Of a DNA stretch of 64,000 nucleotides, positions 60,367 to 64,000 are shown in pieces (position 1 is the first letter of the stretch; every line of letters starts with the position of its first letter). The DNA comes from Promethearchaeota archaeon. Its GTDB lineage: Archaea > Asgardarchaeota > Lokiarchaeia > Sigyniarchaeales > SOKP01. The translations under genes were made by a program, and so were the position numbers. Location of the stretch: assembly GCA_048940925.1 (NCBI GenBank), contig JBHLOC010000027.1, positions 8,884 through 72,883 on the forward strand. Reading direction: 5' to 3'. The notes under the pieces were generated by a model that was not told the DNA's origin, searched no databases, and saw only the letters and a list, made by a program, of their open reading frames with translations.

Positions 60367-61188
60367 TTGAAAACAAAAATAGGTTTAATTATCGATAATT
60401 ACCATTTAAGTTATAAAGTAAAAGAATTCTTAAAATATTTAAAATCTATAGCAGAGGTTAAAATATTTATTGAAGAATCGTTCCTATTAAGTAGTTCTGA
60501 ATTATTTTTTGATGATGATATATTTTTTGTCAAAGGAAAAGGGACATTGATTTTAGGTTTAATAAAATTAATTGAGGAACAGACTTCTATTCCTGTAATA
60601 AACTCTTATAAGGGAATTTGGTTAACAATTAATCGATTTTTAAGTAGTACTTACTTAAGAAAAGGGGGTATTCCTGTACCAGATTTTTCAATAATACCAG
60701 ATGGAGAATCACCTCCATTTAATAACTATATAATTAAAAATATTATTGATCAAAAAAATTATGCGTTTAAACCTATTGTAAATCAAAAAAATAGTCATTT
60801 AAGAGTAGCTGATATGAGGGCATTAGATGAGGTTGATGGAAAGGAGATTAAATATCATTTTCTTTACTATCAGAAATTCATTAAAAGTAAATGGGAATAT
60901 AAAATATATGGGATTGGAGAAGATGTATATTTCTATAAACAGTTACCAATTCTAATTAATCCTAATAAAATGGAATCTCGACAAGAAATAAAGGAAATTC
61001 CTGAGTTAAAAGAATATTGTCTTAAAGCAATGGAAATTATGAATTTAAAAGTAACTTCTCTTGATTTTTTAAAATCAGATGATAGCGAATTTTATTTAAC
61101 CGATATAAATAATGCTCCTAATTTTAATTATATAAAAGATGGACATAAAATTGTTGCAGATTTTCTTATAGAACAAGCAAAAAAATGA
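60367..61188 (+). CDS. ATP-grasp protein (ITPK1/RimK-like, paralog 3)
   Basis: IPVINS, YQKFI...EYKIYGIG and SLDFL...YLTDINNAPNF. Confidence 0.7.
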   Translation: MKTKIGLIIDNYHLSYKVKEFLKYLKSIAEVKIFIEESFLLSSSELFFDDDIFFVKGKGTLILGLIKLIEEQTSIPVINSYKGIWLTINRFLSSTYLRKGGIPVPDFSIIPDGESPPFNNYIIKNIIDQKNYAFKPIVNQKNSHLRVADMRALDEVDGKEIKYHFLYYQKFIKSKWEYKIYGIGEDVYFYKQLPILINPNKMESRQEIKEIPELKEYCLKAMEIMNLKVTSLDFLKSDDSEFYLTDINNAPNFNYIKDGHKIVADFLIEQAKK

Positions 61189-61202
61189 AAAAGTTGTAGA
61201 AA

Positions 61203-61994
61203 ATGAATATTGGAATTTTATCAAAAAGAACTCATATGCTAACAGGAAAATTAAAACAATGGCTTGAAGATCAAGGCCATAAAGTATCAATTTTTACTGC
61301 TTCTAATTTACATATAAATAGAATACTTTTAGAGAATGATTTTTACATACTAAAATCAAAATCACTATTCTTCCTCTATGCTGGTTATTTTCTTGAAAAT
61401 AATGATATTCCTGTAATTCCTGATACTCACACTTCTTTCATGCAAAAAAATAGAATTGAGGCTCATTATTTATTAAAAAAAGCAGGTTTAATTGTACCTG
61501 ATATCTATTTAGGGACATATGACACCTTTCAATCTCAACTTCAATCAAAAAATTTACCTCTCATTTTAAAACCGATAATGGGTTCTGGAAGTAGAGGGAT
61601 AAAATTAATCAATTCAATTGATGATCTAAATAATGAAGGTGATAAAATACTTTATTTAGAGCATTTTATAGAAGGAATTCATTATACTGTATATTTCATA
61701 GGTGATGAAATTTGTACTTTAATTAAACCTCCTTTATCTAATGAACATATCGATATGGATAAAATAGAGACTCCAAATGACATTAAAAAAATAATAAAAA
61801 AATGGTTGATATATTTAAATGGAAAGGCTTTATTCGGACATTTAGATATGGTTAGAGAATATACTAGTAATAAATTATATGTAATTGACCCTGGTTCTTT
61901 TCCTGAATTTACAAACTGGAAAAATCCCAGTTCTCCAGTTGAAAAAATTTGTAACTTAATTTTAAAACAAGTTAGAAAATTCCGTAATTCTTAA
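61203..61994 (+). CDS. ATP-grasp protein (RimK-like, paralog 4, divergent)
   Basis: PLILKPIMGSGSRGI, YLEHFIEG and FGHLDM...YVIDPGSFPEF. Confidence 0.7.
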   Translation: MNIGILSKRTHMLTGKLKQWLEDQGHKVSIFTASNLHINRILLENDFYILKSKSLFFLYAGYFLENNDIPVIPDTHTSFMQKNRIEAHYLLKKAGLIVPDIYLGTYDTFQSQLQSKNLPLILKPIMGSGSRGIKLINSIDDLNNEGDKILYLEHFIEGIHYTVYFIGDEICTLIKPPLSNEHIDMDKIETPNDIKKIIKKWLIYLNGKALFGHLDMVREYTSNKLYVIDPGSFPEFTNWKNPSSPVEKICNLILKQVRKFRNS

Positions 61995-62023
61995 TAGTTA
62001 TCATTTATAGAAATATCTAAACG

Positions 62024-62992
62024 ATGAGCGAACAAAAGGAGTTACTTCAATCGAAAATATATGGAGAGAAACAAAAGGTAAGATTATATAAGATTAAACA
62101 CTTTATTTTTGATTTTGGAGGAGTCTTAATTGAAAAAACATTTGTATTAAAGAACATGCTTGATATGCTCGAAGCAGATTTAAATATAAAAATTCCTCGA
62201 ATGGAGAATTCATATATCAGAAAGCTTAAACGTAGTTTAAGTTCGGGAAGAATTACTTCTCAAGAATTTTTAGATAAAATATTTGAGAAATATTATTACC
62301 CCTTCCAAAAAGATGATGGAGCATTACCACCTAAAAAGGTAAATACTGCATATTATGAAGAATTATGGTTTGATCTATATTCACAAGTCACAGACATATC
62401 CTCAGACATGGCAGAAATAATAGAGCGGTTGCATAAGGCTGATTATACAGTAAGTTTGATGTCAAATACACACGATATACATGCTAAATCAAATCTATTA
62501 AGAGGCTTTTATGATATATTTGATCATGTTTTTTTATCAAACGAAATTGGTTTGATTAAACCGGATATGGATAAATACAAATATGTTATTAATAAATTAG
62601 ATACAAAACCAAAAAAATGTATTTTTATTGATGATAAAATAAAAAATTTAGTTCCTGCTAGAGAATTAGGAATTATAGTAATAAGATTTGAATCATTTAA
62701 AAAGTTTAAAGAACAATTAAATGAATTAGGAATCGAAAATATTAGTAAAGATCTTCGACATGTAATAAAAAAGAAGTATAAAAAATATAAAAAAACTAAA
62801 AAACAATATAAAAAAGCTAAAAAGGAATATAAAAAAGCAAAAAAGGAATATTTAAAGAAGAAAGGCAAATCTTTAAAAAGAAGATTGAATTATCAACGAA
62901 AGCGTGCTCAATATCGTAAGAAAAAGGCTGAATATAAAAAAGAGAAAAAACATAAAAAAGAAAAACTAATTACAAAATTAGAGATTACTTGA
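62024..62992 (+). CDS. HAD-superfamily phosphatase with Lys/Tyr-rich C-terminal extension
   Basis: FDFGGVL (motif I), MSNT (II), KPD (III), FIDD (IV); tail of YKKAKKE-type repeats. Confidence 0.88.
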   Translation: MSEQKELLQSKIYGEKQKVRLYKIKHFIFDFGGVLIEKTFVLKNMLDMLEADLNIKIPRMENSYIRKLKRSLSSGRITSQEFLDKIFEKYYYPFQKDDGALPPKKVNTAYYEELWFDLYSQVTDISSDMAEIIERLHKADYTVSLMSNTHDIHAKSNLLRGFYDIFDHVFLSNEIGLIKPDMDKYKYVINKLDTKPKKCIFIDDKIKNLVPARELGIIVIRFESFKKFKEQLNELGIENISKDLRHVIKKKYKKYKKTKKQYKKAKKEYKKAKKEYLKKKGKSLKRRLNYQRKRAQYRKKKAEYKKEKKHKKEKLITKLEIT

Positions 62993-63055
62993 ATTTGGGA
63001 AGTTTTTTAATAAACTTGTTATTGAGGAAGAATTACAAAAATAAAATTTTTAAGA

Positions 63056-64000
63056 TTAATCTCCATTAATTTCCTTCTTTTCTTCTTCTGTTTCTTTTTG
63101 TTTATTATATTCTTCTATTTTTTGTTTTACTGATTCTGAAGGAGCTGTTGGCAAGGGCATTTTTTCATATATTTCTATAAATTTAATATCATTTATTTCA
63201 TCACCCATATGGGTTTGAAGGTCCATTGCAAGTCCAAATTTAACATATGTTAAATTTTGAAAAAGGAACATTTTCGGAATAGTGATTTCAAGTGTTTTTT
63301 CTTTCTTAATATAATTTATTTTAAAATCTGGAATATTTTCTTTTGGAATTCCCTTATTAATCATAAAATATTCTACTTTTTCACCGAAATCTTCTATTTT
63401 ATCAATAATTTCAATATTATAATCTAATGATTGTCCTGCTAATGGATGATTATAATCAACAATGACTCTACCTTGTAAAACATTGGTCACTACACCACGC
63501 TGTCCTTTCTTATTTACAAAATCTTGACCAAGTTCAGGTGGTTTACCTTCATTTAATTTTCGAAATTTTGCAATTCCAATCCTTTCAATCTTTTGAGGAT
63601 CACGTTTCCCAAATGCTTTATTGGGAGGGATTCTAACTGATTTTTTTTCAAGAAAATTCATTTCTTTTATGGTTTCAGTGAGCCCCTCATTTAAAAAACC
63701 ATTTTTGCCAACAATGACGAAATCAGGAGCATAAAATCCCTGATTGGCTTTTTCTTCATCGTAAATTCCTGCTTTCTTTGCATCTTCTTCGGATGACACT
63801 CTAAAAATTCTACCTTTCTGTGTCCGACCTGTTATTTTCACCAGCACGAAATCTCCCTCTTCAACTTTTTTACCCTGTAATAATGCCTTCTTTTCTTTTA
63901 GTTTCTTAAGTTCTTCTTCATCTTTTTTCGCTTCTTCTTCCACTTCAGTTAATTCAGATATACCTTTACCTACTTCAGCTGAAGGTTTGCCTTTTAAATC
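63056..64000 (-). CDS. Long-type archaeal FKBP peptidyl-prolyl isomerase (SlyD-like), 5' end outside the window
   Basis: GDFVLV, IPPNKAFGKRDP and VDYNHPLAGQSL. Frame stays open from 63943 to the window end. Confidence 0.9.
   Translation of the reverse strand, partial: DLKGKPSAEVGKGISELTEVEEEAKKDEEELKKLKEKKALLQGKKVEEGDFVLVKITGRTQKGRIFRVSSEEDAKKAGIYDEEKANQGFYAPDFVIVGKNGFLNEGLTETIKEMNFLEKKSVRIPPNKAFGKRDPQKIERIGIAKFRKLNEGKPPELGQDFVNKKGQRGVVTNVLQGRVIVDYNHPLAGQSLDYNIEIIDKIEDFGEKVEYFMINKGIPKENIPDFKINYIKKEKTLEITIPKMFLFQNLTYVKFGLAMDLQTHMGDEINDIKFIEIYEKMPLPTAPSESVKQKIEEYNKQKETEEEKKEINGD

Noticed and set aside
47-62868. Short antisense or overlapping ORFs in the six-frame track (e.g. 820-1059, 3711-4049, 39695-40120, 55712-56134, 62524-62868)
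   Set aside because: They lie opposite or within well-supported genes and have shadow-ORF composition with no motifs.
1-64000. rRNA, CRISPR arrays, transposases, selenoprotein read-through
   Set aside because: No long GC-rich RNA gene, no regularly spaced repeats, no transposase motifs and no in-frame TGA splitting a recognisable gene were seen.

Overview
Very AT-rich archaeal chromosomal window, almost certainly Asgard (Lokiarchaeia-like). The assignment rests on aCPSF1, an EF-2 paralog lacking the diphthamide motif, longin, roadblock, gelsolin and Rab-like domains, short LRR proteins and intron-containing tRNAs. All product calls come from motif recognition, not database searches. Main points: (1) A co-oriented 14-gene, ~15.5 kb chemosensory operon (35878-51350) encodes CheA, CheY, CheW, a CheW-CheC-CheC fusion, CheR, two CheB, CheC and CheD. 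It has no chemoreceptor, CheF or archaellum genes. Instead it interleaves eukaryote-like modules: a longin protein, a gelsolin-domain protein, a roadblock-small GTPase fusion with a natural Q61L-type substitution, and a cytosolic beta-sandwich protein. This is the best candidate for an undescribed system, namely chemosensing coupled to actin or small-GTPase output. (2) An inositol-phosphate locus (56944-62992) has Ino1 flanked by four ITPK1/RimK-like ATP-grasp genes and a HAD phosphatase with a polybasic tail. (3) A tRNA-Gln(CTG) with two introns, a decayed intronless duplicate 1.3 kb away, and an unannotated ~170-nt structured RNA candidate with its own TATA box. (4) A 791-aa Zn-finger/winged-helix/coat-appendage-like protein. 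(5) Two genes that need ATA/ATT starts and two genes broken by single-base indels. The rest is ordinary housekeeping and metabolism.
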